From contig OZ242008.1 in NCBI GenBank assembly GCA_965204735.1, positions 448,001 to 512,000 of the forward strand: 64,000 bases of DNA, given 5' to 3'. The position numbers were made by a program, and so were the translations under genes. This DNA is from Longimicrobiales bacterium. GTDB taxonomy: Bacteria > Gemmatimonadota > Gemmatimonadetes > Longimicrobiales > Gaopeijiaceae. Shown piece after piece: positions 1 to 9,994 of the stretch (position 1 is its first letter; each line of letters begins with the position of its first letter). The notes beneath the pieces were generated by a model that was not told where the DNA came from, searched no databases, and saw only the letters and a program-made list of their open reading frames with translations.

Positions 1-1061
1 TTGGGGTCGATGCGCAGCTGGCTGTAGTACATGGGGCGCTGGTTCAGGTCGTTGACCTTGCTCCACGACTCGCCCCGGTCCGTGGACTTGTACACGCCGC
101 CTTCCTCGGCTTCGACGATCGCCATGACCAGCGCCGGGGTTCGGCTGGAAACGGCCAAGCCGATCCTCCCCTTGTCGCCCTCGGGCAGCCCGTTCGTCAG
201 CTCGCGCCAAGTGGCGCCGCCGTCGGTCGTCTTGTGCACGCCGCTGCCGGGACCGCCGCCGACGAAGCCCCACGCCCGTCGCCGACGCTGGTAGGCCGCC
301 GCGTACAGCACCGAAGGGTCGGACGGGTCAATGGCCAGATCGACCACGCCGGTGTCGTCGTCCACGTGCAGGACCTTTTCCCAGGTGGCGCCACGGTCGA
401 CGGTCTTGTACACCCCCCGCTCGGCGTTCGGGCCGAAGAGGTGGCCCAGCGCGCCTACCCAGACCACGTCCGGGTTCGTGGGGTGCACCACGATCCTGCC
501 CACGTGCTTCGTCTCCTCCAGGCCGGCGAACCGCCACGTCTTGCCGCCGTCGGTGGAGTGGTATACGCCTGCGCCCCAGGGCGAGCTGTTCCGGTTGTTG
601 GCTTCTCCCGTCCCCACCCACACCTCCAGCGGGTCCGAAGGAGCTATTGCCATGTCCCCCACCGAGAGGTTGGCCGCGTCGTCCAACACCGGCGTCCACG
701 TGGTTCCGTGGTTATCGCTCTTCCACACCCCGCCCGAGGCCGTCCCGACGTAGACGAGCGACTGGCTGCCCGGCGCGACCTCCAAGTCGGTGATCCGTCC
801 GCCGGTCACCGCGGGTCCGATGGACCGCCACTTCAGCCCGGCCGCCAAGGGAGCCCGGGTCCGGGCGTCGGCCACGGCCTCCGACTGGGCGGCGAGGGGT
901 TGGGAAAGGAGGCCGGCGGCGATCGGGACGCCGAGACCGGCGGCCGGCAGGAATCCTCCGACGGCGACGGCGGTCGCGAAGCCGGCGGCCGAGGACCGGA
1001 CGCGGGCCCCGAAGCTGGAACAACGAGGCCGGGAGTGTGGACCGGAGGGACGGGACGTCAT
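1..1061 (-). CDS. Secreted VPS10/BNR-repeat (glycosyl hydrolase-like) beta-propeller protein, N-terminal part; runs off the window
   Basis: Not in the ORF track. Manual minus-strand translation from ATG 1061 gives a signal-like region, then WRSIGPAVTGGRITDLEV, GGVWKSDNHGTTW, GVYHSTDGGKTW and VYKSTDRGESW (Asp-box repeats). Open to position 1. Confidence 0.9.
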   Translation of the reverse strand, partial: MTSRPSGPHSRPRCSSFGARVRSSAAGFATAVAVGGFLPAAGLGVPIAAGLLSQPLAAQSEAVADARTRAPLAAGLKWRSIGPAVTGGRITDLEVAPGSQSLVYVGTASGGVWKSDNHGTTWTPVLDDAANLSVGDMAIAPSDPLEVWVGTGEANNRNSSPWGAGVYHSTDGGKTWRFAGLEETKHVGRIVVHPTNPDVVWVGALGHLFGPNAERGVYKTVDRGATWEKVLHVDDDTGVVDLAIDPSDPSVLYAAAYQRRRRAWGFVGGGPGSGVHKTTDGGATWRELTNGLPEGDKGRIGLAVSSRTPALVMAIVEAEEGGVYKSTDRGESWSKVNDLNQRPMYYSQLRIDP

Positions 1062-1395
1062 GGGCGTTCTCGCTGGGGTGGGCGGCGACAGTTGAGAGCG
1101 TCCAGCAACCTACTGTCCGGCGGACGGAACCGCACCAACAGCCGGCTGACACAGCACCGAACGACGGACCGCCACAACTCGGGCAGGGGTTGGCAACCGA
1201 CCGGGGGGCCGGAACACGCCCCATTCTGCCATGTTCCGGCCTCTTGGAACCTCGGGAGCCAGCGACGCAATGTCGCTCGCCACCTGTCCGGGGCTGCGCC
1301 CCCCCTCTTCCCAGTCGGCCGGGGCTTGTGTAGATTGTCAAGCGTTTCCCAGCAGAACGTGCTGGAGGAAGTGTACGAGCCTCCGCCGAACGACC

Positions 1396-2604
1396 ATGAC
1401 TGTAACGCAACGAAGCGACCTCACTTTCAAGCACAACGCTCGTCTTGGCCGCCATGGATGGCTTCGCCTTACGCCGGCTTACTCGGTTCGATTAGTTGAA
1501 GACGTGTTGTCATGTGCGCGTGGGCAGATTCGAGTCCTTGACCCGTTCTCCGGCACAGGGACGACGGGGCTGGCGTGCGCGGAACGAGGCTTTACGTGCG
1601 ACCTGCTGGAGATCAATCCATTTCTTGTTTGGTTTACTGAAGCCAAAGTCAGAGAGTATTCTGATGCTTCACTGCAACGCGCCAGAAAGCTAGTCGACGT
1701 TGTTGTACGCACTCCGGCAGCTGGCGAAGTCGAAGAGTGTTGGACTCCGCCGATCAGAAACGTCGAGCGATGGTGGTCGCCGGTTGCTGTGGACGCCCTC
1801 CGGTTGTTGTGGGCACGCCTCGCTTCGACAGGCGACGGCTGCGAACAAGTGATCGATCTGATCAAGATCGCATTCTGTCGGCAAGTGATCGCATGGTCGA
1901 ACGCGTCGTTTGGTCATCAGTCGATGTCGTTCAAGCGCTCTCAAGTCACTTTGCTCGATGCGCTGGACGGGGAGGACCTGCTTCAAGAGTTCAGGAGTTC
2001 GGCGTTGGCGGTGATCGACTCCGCACGTGGCGGCTTCGCTGGGTCTGCAACGGTCCGCCTGGCCGATTCGCGGACCGTGCCTCGTTTCGACCATCCGCAT
2101 GACCTGGTGATCACGTCGCCTCCTTATCCCAATCGCATGAGCTACGTCCGAGAACTGCGACCGTACATGTATTGGCTCGGGTACTTGGAAGAAGCTCGCG
2201 ACGCGGGGGACTTGGACTGGCAGGCGATCGGCGGCACGTGGGGAGCGGCGACAAGCCGAGTCGCCAAGTGGGAGGCCCCAGAGTCGGTGCCGAGCGCGGG
2301 GTTCGACGACTTGATCGAGCGCATTGCGGAGCGCAGTGAAACGCTCGCGAGATATGTTCACAAGTACTTCCACGACATGCACGTTCACGTTCGCTCTCTC
2401 GTGCCTCGTTTGGCGGCGGGCGCTTCGGTGCACTATGTGGTCGGCAACTCCAAGTTCTATGGATGGGTGGTGCCCGTACAGGACATATTTGCCGACATCT
2501 TTCGGGCAGAGGGTCTCCTTGGCGCAGAAAGCCGCGTCATCAGAAAACGCAATTCGAAAAAGGAGCTGTTCGAGTTCGTGGTCACGGCACGCAAGGAGTG
2601 CTGA
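1396..2604 (+). CDS. Orphan amino (N4-C/N6-A) DNA methyltransferase
   Basis: SAM-binding motif VLDPFSGTGTT precedes catalytic ITSPPY; C-terminal VVGNS. Start taken at MTVTQRSD (1396). Visibly lower GC than the flanks. Confidence 0.88.
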   Translation: MTVTQRSDLTFKHNARLGRHGWLRLTPAYSVRLVEDVLSCARGQIRVLDPFSGTGTTGLACAERGFTCDLLEINPFLVWFTEAKVREYSDASLQRARKLVDVVVRTPAAGEVEECWTPPIRNVERWWSPVAVDALRLLWARLASTGDGCEQVIDLIKIAFCRQVIAWSNASFGHQSMSFKRSQVTLLDALDGEDLLQEFRSSALAVIDSARGGFAGSATVRLADSRTVPRFDHPHDLVITSPPYPNRMSYVRELRPYMYWLGYLEEARDAGDLDWQAIGGTWGAATSRVAKWEAPESVPSAGFDDLIERIAERSETLARYVHKYFHDMHVHVRSLVPRLAAGASVHYVVGNSKFYGWVVPVQDIFADIFRAEGLLGAESRVIRKRNSKKELFEFVVTARKEC

Positions 2605-2845
2605 CCGGCGTTGCGCACGGGGCAACCGTCCCGTCGCCCTCGGAGGCCGAAGCCCACGGCCGTGCAGGCGAGCAGAGCGGCGGCTGTCGGGCGGCTCGAT
2701 GAGCGCCCGGGCCCGCGGCCGCGTAGGCGAGCAGTTGCAGTCTGCCGTCCAAGAGGTTCCGCGAAGCCGTGGGGCCCTGCGGGCTCGCGACCGACGGCTT
2801 GCGCCCAGCCTTATCATGGGGCAAATCAAACGTCGCCCCCCGACC

Positions 2846-2970
2846 TCGAAGCTGACCCCGGTGTCGAAGCTGACCCCGGTGTCGAAGCTGATCCCGGTGT
2901 CGAAGCTGACCCTGGCCTTGAAGCCCGATCCCGGCCTCGAAGCCCGATCCCGGCCTCGAAGCCCGATCCC
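2846..2970 (+). repeat. Intergenic tandem repeat: ~4 x 18 bp TCGAAGCTGACCCCGGTG followed by ~3 x 19 bp TCGAAGCCCGATCCCGGCC
   Basis: Read directly. Units are contiguous, with no spacers. Confidence 0.9.
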
Positions 2971-3021
2971 CGTCAAGGCGCCGGCCGCGCGCCGGCTGGC
3001 CATCACCCCAAGGGAGTCCCA

Positions 3022-6000
3022 ATGAGCCATTTCACCGCGCAGCTCCAGGCACCGAGCCGCCGACCGCCGCCCTGCCGCCCTCCGGCTTCCCGCGGCCTTC
3101 CCGCTCGGATGCCCGCGCCCTTCTCGGCCTTGCTGTTGGCATGGGCGCTGGTCGGACTCGCCGGCCTGTCGCCCCGACCGTCCCACGCCCTCCAGTCCGC
3201 CGCCGCGCGCCAAGCCGTCCAGGGGTTGGCTCTTCGGGAGATCGGCCCGGCGCTGATGGGCGGAAGGATCGCCGACATCGCCGTCCACCCCGACGACCCG
3301 ACCACTTGGTACCTGGCGGTGGGCTCCGGCGGCGTTTGGAAGACGACCAACGCGGGGACCTCGTGGACGCCCGTCTTCGACGACCAGCCGTCCTACTCCA
3401 TCGGCGCCGTGACGGTGGACCCCTCCGACCCGGCCGTCGTCTGGGCGGGCACGGGCGAGAACGTCAGCGGTCGCCACGTGGGATGGGGCGACGGCGTCTA
3501 CCGTAGCCTTGACGGAGGCGCCTCGTGGCAACGGATGGGGCTGGAGCGCTCCGAGCACGTCGGCAAGGTGCTGGTGGACCCTCGGGACGGCGCGACGGTG
3601 TTCGTGGCCGCCGAGGGACCCTTGTGGTCGGAGGGAGGCGACCGAGGCTTGTACAAGTCCACCGACCGAGGCGAAACGTGGCGCCCGGTGCTGCAAGTGG
3701 ACGACGACACGGGCGTCACCGATGTGGAGTTCGATCCCGTGGACCCGGACGTGATGTACGCCGCGACCTACCAGCGCCGACGGAGCGTCTGGTCGCTGCT
3801 CGCGGGCGGTCCGGGGTCGGGCGTCCACAAGTCGGTGGACGGCGGCGAGACGTGGCGAGAGGTCGTCGCGGGCCTGCCGAAGGGCGACATGGGCAAGATC
3901 GGCTTGGCCGTCTCCCGAGCCGACCGCAACGTCGTCTACGCCACCATCGAGGCCAAGCCCGACGAGGCGGGCTTCTACCGCTCCACCGATCGGGGCGAGA
4001 GCTGGGAGCGGCGCAACGGGTACATCTCCGGCGGAACCGGACCGCACTACTATCAGGAGATCGAGGCGTCGCCCCACGACCGCGACCTGGTCTATCAGAT
4101 GGACGTGTTCGTGCGCGTGACCCGGGACGGCGGCGCAACGTTCAACGTCTTGGGCACGGGTCGGGAGAAGCACAGCGACAACCACGCCTTCTGGATCGAT
4201 CTGGAGAACGGCAGGCACATCCTGGCGGGCACGGACGCGGGCTTGTACGAGACCTTCGACGAGGGCGCCACGTGGCGTCACTTCCCCAACTTGCCGATCT
4301 CCCAGTTCTACAAGCTCGCACTGAACAACGCCGAACCGTTCTACGAGATATTGGGCGGCGCGCAGGACCTGGGCACGCTGCTGGGGCCGTCGCGGACGAC
4401 GAACCGCGAGGGGGTGCGCAACCGCGACTGGTACGTGCCCCTGGGCGCCGACGGCTACGCCGCCGCCTTCGATCCCGCCGCCCCCGAGATTGCGTACATC
4501 CAGTCGCAGCAGGGCAACCTTCAACGGCTGGACCGACGCAGCGACGAACTCGTCAACATCCGTCCGCTGCCGGCCCCTGGCGACCCGCCCGAGCGCTGGA
4601 ACTGGGACTCGCCCGTGATCGCCAGCGTGCACGCGCCCGGGCGAATCTACTACGCCTCGCAGCGGCTTTGGCGCAGCGACGACCGGGGCGACTCGTGGCA
4701 GCCCGTCAGCGACGACCTGACTCGCAACCTCAACCGCTACGAGCTCGAGATGGACGGGCGAGTCCATAGCGTGGACGCACTCTACGGCAACACCGCCATG
4801 TCGTGGTACTCCACGATCGCCACGATCTCCGAGTCGCCGGTCGCGGAGGGCGTTCTCTACGCCGGGACCGACGACGGGCTGGTCCAGGTGAGCGAGGACG
4901 GCGGCGCCACGTGGCGGCGGGCGGCGCCCCTTCCGGGCGTGTCGGAGCGCGCCTTCATGAACGACGTGAAGGCGTCCCAGCACGACCCCGGCGCCGTCTT
5001 CGTCGCAGCCGACGCCCACAAGGAGGGGGACTACGCGCCGCACCTCTTCGCAAGCGCCGACTTCGGCCGCAGCTGGCGGCGGATCTCCGGCGACTTGCCC
5101 CACGGCGCCGTGGTCTGGTCGGTGGAGCAGGACCACGTGGAGCCGAACCTGCTCTTCGCCGGCGCCGAGTTCGGCGTCTTCGCCAGCCTCGACGGAGGCG
5201 GCAGCTGGACGCGGCTGAGCGGAGGCGTGCCGACGATCGCGTTCCGGGACTTGGAGCTGCAAAGAAGGGACGGCGACTTGGTGGGGGCCACCTTCGGCCG
5301 AGGCTTCTACGTGCTGGACGACTACTCTCCTCTGCGGGAGATCGCCGCCGGGGCGCTGGACGGGCCCGCGCAAGCGGTCGGCGACGGTCCCGAAGGCGCC
5401 CAAGGCGGCGCGGGCGACGAAGGCGCCGTCCTCTTCCCTGTCCGCGACGCCTGGTGGTACGTGCCCAGCGTGCCGATGCAGGCGCCCGGCCAGCCCACGC
5501 TGGGGACCACCGACTACACCGCGCCGAACCCCGACTTCGGCGCCGTCTTCACCTACTACTTGGCCGAGACCGTCCGGACCGCCCGCGACCGCCGCCACGC
5601 CGACGAAGCGGCGGCAAGGGAGCAAGGCGAGGACGTTCCCTTCCCCGGCTGGGAGCGGCTGGCCGAGGAGGCGTTGGAGGACGAGCCGCAGGTCGTGCTT
5701 CTCGTCCGCGACTCGGAGGGCGCTCCCGTCCGTCGCGTGACCGGTCCCGCGGTCGCAGGGCTCCACCGAGTCGCCTGGGACCTGCGCCGTCCTCCGCCGG
5801 ACCCGGTGGACCTGACCACGCCCGAGTTCGTGCCGCCGTGGGCGGGCGAGCCCCGGGGACCGCTGGCCCCGCCTGGGCGGTACCGGGTCGAGATGGCGCT
5901 GGTCGCGGAGGACGGGACCACGGCGCTGGGCGACATCCAGGAGTTCGAGGTGAAGCCCGTGCCCAACGCCGCGGACGGGACCGACTTCCAGGCGGTGGCG

Positions 6001-6450
6001 GCGTTCCAGGCCGAGACATGGGAGCTGCTGCGCCGGACGAGGGGCGCGGCCGCCGAGATCGGAGGCGCCCGGAACCGCCTTCGGCACATGCGCGCCGCGC
6101 TGGTCGAGACGCCCGGCGCCGGAACCGAGCTGTACGACAGCTTGGAGGAGGTCGAAGCGCAGCTGGAAGGGCTGGCCACCCGACTCCAGGGGGACCGGAC
6201 CCGGCGCCGCTACAACGAACCGTCGGCGCCGTCGATCGCAGGGCGCGCGGGACAGGTGGCGGGCGGTCACTGGGGCACGCGCCAAGCCCCGACACGGACG
6301 CAGCGGACCAGCCTGCGGATCGCCGCCGACGCCTTCGCCGCCCTGTCGACGGAGCTGACGGCTCTCTTGGACGGCCGGCTGGGGGACCTGGAGGCGGCGC
6401 TGGAAGCGGCAGGCGCGCCGTGGACTCCGGGGCGGCGGCTCCCCCGGTGA
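3022..6450 (+). CDS. Secreted VPS10/BNR-repeat glycosyl hydrolase-like protein
   Basis: LREIGPALMGGRIADIAV and many S-x-D-x-G-x-(T/S)-W Asp boxes; C-terminal helical region. GGGAG RBS before ATG 3022. Confidence 0.9.
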   Translation: MSHFTAQLQAPSRRPPPCRPPASRGLPARMPAPFSALLLAWALVGLAGLSPRPSHALQSAAARQAVQGLALREIGPALMGGRIADIAVHPDDPTTWYLAVGSGGVWKTTNAGTSWTPVFDDQPSYSIGAVTVDPSDPAVVWAGTGENVSGRHVGWGDGVYRSLDGGASWQRMGLERSEHVGKVLVDPRDGATVFVAAEGPLWSEGGDRGLYKSTDRGETWRPVLQVDDDTGVTDVEFDPVDPDVMYAATYQRRRSVWSLLAGGPGSGVHKSVDGGETWREVVAGLPKGDMGKIGLAVSRADRNVVYATIEAKPDEAGFYRSTDRGESWERRNGYISGGTGPHYYQEIEASPHDRDLVYQMDVFVRVTRDGGATFNVLGTGREKHSDNHAFWIDLENGRHILAGTDAGLYETFDEGATWRHFPNLPISQFYKLALNNAEPFYEILGGAQDLGTLLGPSRTTNREGVRNRDWYVPLGADGYAAAFDPAAPEIAYIQSQQGNLQRLDRRSDELVNIRPLPAPGDPPERWNWDSPVIASVHAPGRIYYASQRLWRSDDRGDSWQPVSDDLTRNLNRYELEMDGRVHSVDALYGNTAMSWYSTIATISESPVAEGVLYAGTDDGLVQVSEDGGATWRRAAPLPGVSERAFMNDVKASQHDPGAVFVAADAHKEGDYAPHLFASADFGRSWRRISGDLPHGAVVWSVEQDHVEPNLLFAGAEFGVFASLDGGGSWTRLSGGVPTIAFRDLELQRRDGDLVGATFGRGFYVLDDYSPLREIAAGALDGPAQAVGDGPEGAQGGAGDEGAVLFPVRDAWWYVPSVPMQAPGQPTLGTTDYTAPNPDFGAVFTYYLAETVRTARDRRHADEAAAREQGEDVPFPGWERLAEEALEDEPQVVLLVRDSEGAPVRRVTGPAVAGLHRVAWDLRRPPPDPVDLTTPEFVPPWAGEPRGPLAPPGRYRVEMALVAEDGTTALGDIQEFEVKPVPNAADGTDFQAVAAFQAETWELLRRTRGAAAEIGGARNRLRHMRAALVETPGAGTELYDSLEEVEAQLEGLATRLQGDRTRRRYNEPSAPSIAGRAGQVAGGHWGTRQAPTRTQRTSLRIAADAFAALSTELTALLDGRLGDLEAALEAAGAPWTPGRRLPR

Positions 6451-7439
6451 GCGCTCCAGCGACGACGACCGGCGCCCGCCCGCGCCCGATGAGGATCGCC
6501 GTCTACGGCGCGGGCGGCGTCGGCGGCTACTACGGCGCGGTCCTTGCCCGGGCCGGCCACGAAGTCGCCCTGATCGCCCGGGGCGCCCACCTGGCGGCGA
6601 TCCAGCGCTCGGGCCTGCGGGTCCGCTCGCCCGACGACGACTTCGTTGCCCGTCCGGCTCTGGCCACCTCCGACCCGGCGGATGCGGGCCCGATGGACGC
6701 CGTGATCGTGGCCGTCAAGTCCCTGGACCTGCCCCAGGCGGCGGAGCGGGCGAGACCGCTTCTCGGCGAAGACACCTTCGTGCTCCCCCTCTTGAACGGC
6801 GTGGACGCCCACGAGGTCCTGGCGGGCGCGGTCGGCAGGCGCCGGGTGGGCAAGGGAGCGACCCGCATCATCGGCCACGTCTCGGCGCCGGGAGAGATCA
6901 GCGTCGGGAAGTTGCAGCCGCATGTCGCAATGGCGGAGTGGGACGGCCAGGCGTCGGCCCGGACCCACGCGCTGGTGTCCGCCCTGCGCGCAGCCGGCGT
7001 AGAGGCCGAGGTCCCTCCCGACATCGACGCCGCCCTCTGGCAGAAGTTCGTGCTCGTCTGCCCGATGGGGGGTCTCTGCGCCGCCTGCCGCCAGCCCGTC
7101 GGCGTGGTCCGCTCGACTCCCGAGAGCCGCGAGCTGCTGCGCCGGGCGATGGAGGAGATCGTCGCCCTGGCCGTCGCCCGGGGCGTGGGGCTTTCCGACG
7201 AGGCAGTGACCGAGGGCATGGCCTTTGCGGACTCGGTCCCCGCCAACGCCGTCCCGTCTCTCCACAGGGACATCGCGGCAGGCTGGCCCTCGGAGCTCGA
7301 CGCATGGTCGGGCGCGGTGGTGCGCCTGGCCTCCGAAGCAGGAGTGCCGACGCCGGTTCACAACTTCCTGCACGCCGTCCTTCGCCCGGGAGAGGAAGCG
7401 GCCCGTCGGCGCTTCCACGGGAACCGTCGCGAAGTGTAG
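6447..7439 (+). CDS. panE: 2-dehydropantoate 2-reductase (ketopantoate reductase)
   Basis: MRIAVYGAGGVGG Rossmann motif, VAVKS, LLNG, LWQKF, PSLHRDI...SELD. GTG overlaps the upstream stop (alternative ATG at 6489). Confidence 0.9.
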   Translation: MSAPATTTGARPRPMRIAVYGAGGVGGYYGAVLARAGHEVALIARGAHLAAIQRSGLRVRSPDDDFVARPALATSDPADAGPMDAVIVAVKSLDLPQAAERARPLLGEDTFVLPLLNGVDAHEVLAGAVGRRRVGKGATRIIGHVSAPGEISVGKLQPHVAMAEWDGQASARTHALVSALRAAGVEAEVPPDIDAALWQKFVLVCPMGGLCAACRQPVGVVRSTPESRELLRRAMEEIVALAVARGVGLSDEAVTEGMAFADSVPANAVPSLHRDIAAGWPSELDAWSGAVVRLASEAGVPTPVHNFLHAVLRPGEEAARRRFHGNRREV

Positions 7440-7559
7440 ATTTGGCGTCGGGCCGAAGCGGCGGAGCGTCGGGGCGGACGCCGGGCGTCGAGGCGAACGC
7501 TGGACCGACCGCCGAAGCGGCGGAGCGTCGCGCGAAACGCTGGAAGAGGAGGATGAGCC

Positions 7560-8390
7560 GTGCTGATGACGCCCTGGGTTCAGCGACTGCTGGCGGTCAA
7601 CGTGATCGTGCACCTGCTTGCGCAGCTCCCGAGCCTCGACTTCGCCGGCCACTTCGCCCTCGCCCCCGCGGAGCTCCTCCAGCGCCCGTGGACGATCGTG
7701 ACGTACATGTTTCTCCACGGCGGCTTCATGCACCTGGCGTCGAACATGATCAGCCTCTTCTTCTTCGGCCCTCGCCTGGAAGAACGCCTCGGCAGCCGGC
7801 GCTTCCTGGTGCTGTACTTCCTCTGCGGAATCTGCGGCGCCCTCCTCTCGCTGGTCCTCTTCGCCGTTGCTCCGTTCGGGTCGATGGTCGGCGCGTCCGG
7901 GGCCGTGTTCGGCGTGCTCGTCGGGTTCGCCCGCTACTGGCCCGACGACGCCATATACATCATGGGAGTGCTGCCGGTCCGCGCCCGAACCCTGGCCATC
8001 GTGCTGATCGCTGCGAGCCTGTTCGCGGGGGCCACGGGCGTGGGCGGCAACATCGCCCACTTCGCGCACCTGGGCGGCGGCTTGGCGGGCTGGGCGTACT
8101 TGGTGGCCTGGGAGCGCCAGCGCATCGCCCTGATCAAGGAGATCGCGGGCGCTCCGCGGAAGTCGAGCGAACGTCGCGCGCCCCAGGCCCGTCGCAAGCC
8201 GCAAGCCGCTCGGGAAGCGGACTCCCTGGAGCGGTGGAAGGCGATCCCCAGGGACCGGCTCCACGAACTCAATCGCGAAGAGCTCGAGACCCTGCTGAGG
8301 AAGGCCGAGGAGGGCGGCGTGAAGGCGCTGACGGCCGCCGAGCGGGCGTTCCTGGACCGGATAGCCGACGCGACGCAGCCGGCGACGTAA
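7560..8390 (+). CDS. Rhomboid family intramembrane serine protease with C-terminal soluble tail
   Basis: PWTIVTYMFLHGG, HLASNM, GASG (catalytic Ser), AHFAHLGG (catalytic His). Confidence 0.93.
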   Translation: MLMTPWVQRLLAVNVIVHLLAQLPSLDFAGHFALAPAELLQRPWTIVTYMFLHGGFMHLASNMISLFFFGPRLEERLGSRRFLVLYFLCGICGALLSLVLFAVAPFGSMVGASGAVFGVLVGFARYWPDDAIYIMGVLPVRARTLAIVLIAASLFAGATGVGGNIAHFAHLGGGLAGWAYLVAWERQRIALIKEIAGAPRKSSERRAPQARRKPQAAREADSLERWKAIPRDRLHELNREELETLLRKAEEGGVKALTAAERAFLDRIADATQPAT

Positions 8391-8433
8391 GCCCTCGAGT
8401 CCAGCTGCGCCGCCCCTGCCGAGGGAGGAGCCC

Positions 8434-9753
8434 GTGGCCGAAACGAACGCCGGCGGACCGCCCACGCCGATGCGACGGAGCCCGTCGGACGGCGAGCGCG
8501 TGGAGCTCTACCAGCGGTTGCGCCGGGTGGCCAGAAAGTTCGAGCGCGCTCCGGCCGCGAAGAAGAGCGAGCTGGCGGCCGCCGCGGCCCAGGAGCTGGT
8601 GGGCCCGGCAGTCGCGGACCGCGTCTGCGCGGGCGTCCCGGAAGTGGACGGACTGGGCGAGCTGGACGCCTACGCCGTGGCGTACCTCTCCGGTCTCTTG
8701 GAGGGAACCGTGGGCGATTGGATCGTCGCGGACCAGGACACCCGGATCGACGGCTGCGCCCCGGAGATGGTGAGCATTCGCGGCCTCGTCCCTCGATACT
8801 CGGCCTCGTGGCGTTCCGTGCTGATCGTCGGGGAGCGGGGCAGCGGCAAGGGCCAGCTGATGCGGGCGACAGCAGCGGCGCGAGGGAAGCAGCCGCCGCT
8901 GACGATCAACTTGGCGGCCGTCTCCGAAGGTGTCGCCGACTCCGAGCTCTTCGGCCACGTTCGGGGCGCCTTCACGGGCGCGGAGCGCACCCGCAAGGGG
9001 ATCGTCAGGACGGCGAGCGAGAGCGAGGGCGCGCTCTACTTGGACGACGTTGCCGAGTGTCCCGAGCACATCCAGGTCCGTCTCCTCACCTGTCTGGACG
9101 ACGGGGTCATTCGGCCGGTCGGGTCCGACGAGATCGTGTCGGTGGGTCGCGGACGGAACCGGAAGTTCAGGGTGTTCTCGTCCAGCCAACCCGGCGCGCT
9201 GCACAAGCTCCGCCCCGACCTGCGGGACCGGCTGGCCGGCCTTCTGATCGTCCTTCCCCCGCTCAGGCAGATGAGCCTGGACATCCTCCTCCTTGCCGAC
9301 GTCGCGTTGCGGAGCCAAGCGGCCATAAGCTCCGAGGACGGCCGCAGAGTCCGGTTCTCAAGGGGCGCGCGCCGGGTCATGATGAGCTACTCGTGGCCCG
9401 GCAACATTCGTCAGCTGTTCAACCTGGTGGGTCGGGCTCTGGCAAAGGCAGCCGGGGCGCCCAGGATCGGCTCCGACGTCGTCAGGGCGTGCCTGCGCGA
9501 CGAGCAATGGCTGCAGAAGCTGAGCGCGCGCGACGGTGCCGACGACGAGCTCGGCGGGGGCGAGCCGGGCCGGCGGGGACGAGCGCCGTTCCCCACATTG
9601 GCCGAGGCGGAGGCCCGACTCGTCCAGGAGGCTCTGGCCTGGACCGGCGGGAACGTCACGCAGGCGGCAAGGCTCCTGGGGGTGGACCGCATGACCCTCC
9701 ACCGTCGCCGCAAGCGGATGTCCCAGGGCGAAGGATCGGCTGCTTCATCGTGA
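8434..9753 (+). CDS. Sigma-54-dependent transcriptional activator (bEBP, AAA+ plus Fis-type HTH) with an unrecognised N-terminal domain
   Basis: GERGSGKG Walker A, ELFGHVRGAFTGA, YSWPGNIRQL, and C-terminal GGNVTQAARLLGVDRMTLHRR HTH. Confidence 0.92.
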   Translation: MAETNAGGPPTPMRRSPSDGERVELYQRLRRVARKFERAPAAKKSELAAAAAQELVGPAVADRVCAGVPEVDGLGELDAYAVAYLSGLLEGTVGDWIVADQDTRIDGCAPEMVSIRGLVPRYSASWRSVLIVGERGSGKGQLMRATAAARGKQPPLTINLAAVSEGVADSELFGHVRGAFTGAERTRKGIVRTASESEGALYLDDVAECPEHIQVRLLTCLDDGVIRPVGSDEIVSVGRGRNRKFRVFSSSQPGALHKLRPDLRDRLAGLLIVLPPLRQMSLDILLLADVALRSQAAISSEDGRRVRFSRGARRVMMSYSWPGNIRQLFNLVGRALAKAAGAPRIGSDVVRACLRDEQWLQKLSARDGADDELGGGEPGRRGRAPFPTLAEAEARLVQEALAWTGGNVTQAARLLGVDRMTLHRRRKRMSQGEGSAASS

Positions 9754-9759
9754 CGAAAA

Positions 9760-9774
9760 GATGCATTATGCATC
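9760..9774. promoter_or_regulatory. Palindromic putative upstream activator site GATGCA-N3-TGCATC
   Basis: GATGCATTATGCATC, 128 bp upstream of a sigma-54 promoter. The same palindrome occurs at 21512. Confidence 0.65.
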
Positions 9775-9845
9775 ATGTGGTGTAACATAAATTGCACCAA
9801 TCTTATGTGACTCCAGTACGGCTCATTACCTCGTATCCTCTTTCC

Positions 9846-9858
9846 CTTCAACACTTTA
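9846..9858 (+). promoter_or_regulatory. IHF-like binding site
   Basis: CTTCAACACTTTA resembles WATCAANNNNTTR and lies between the UAS and the sigma-54 promoter. Confidence 0.4.
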
Positions 9859-9887
9859 GGCTTCTTCAGGACGAGTCGCCGGAACGA

Positions 9888-9903
9888 TGGCACGGATATT
9901 GCA
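9888..9903 (+). promoter_or_regulatory. Sigma-54 (-24/-12) promoter
   Basis: TGGCACGGATATTGCA matches the TGGCAC-N5-TTGC consensus, directly downstream of the bEBP gene. Confidence 0.88.
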
Positions 9904-9994
9904 GCAACGTGTCAGGACACCTATCCCCGCCGAGCCGTCCCTGGGCCGAGTCGCCTGGGTCGCGGCTCGAACGCCGATCACGAGGACGGAATCA

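Noticed and set aside
2846..2970. Possible CRISPR array
   Set aside because: Units are contiguous with no unique spacers, and there are no cas genes; it is a minisatellite.
1690..6285. 1531-aa minus-strand ORF
   Set aside because: Antisense shadow of the MTase and VPS10 genes; a high-GC artefact with no motifs.
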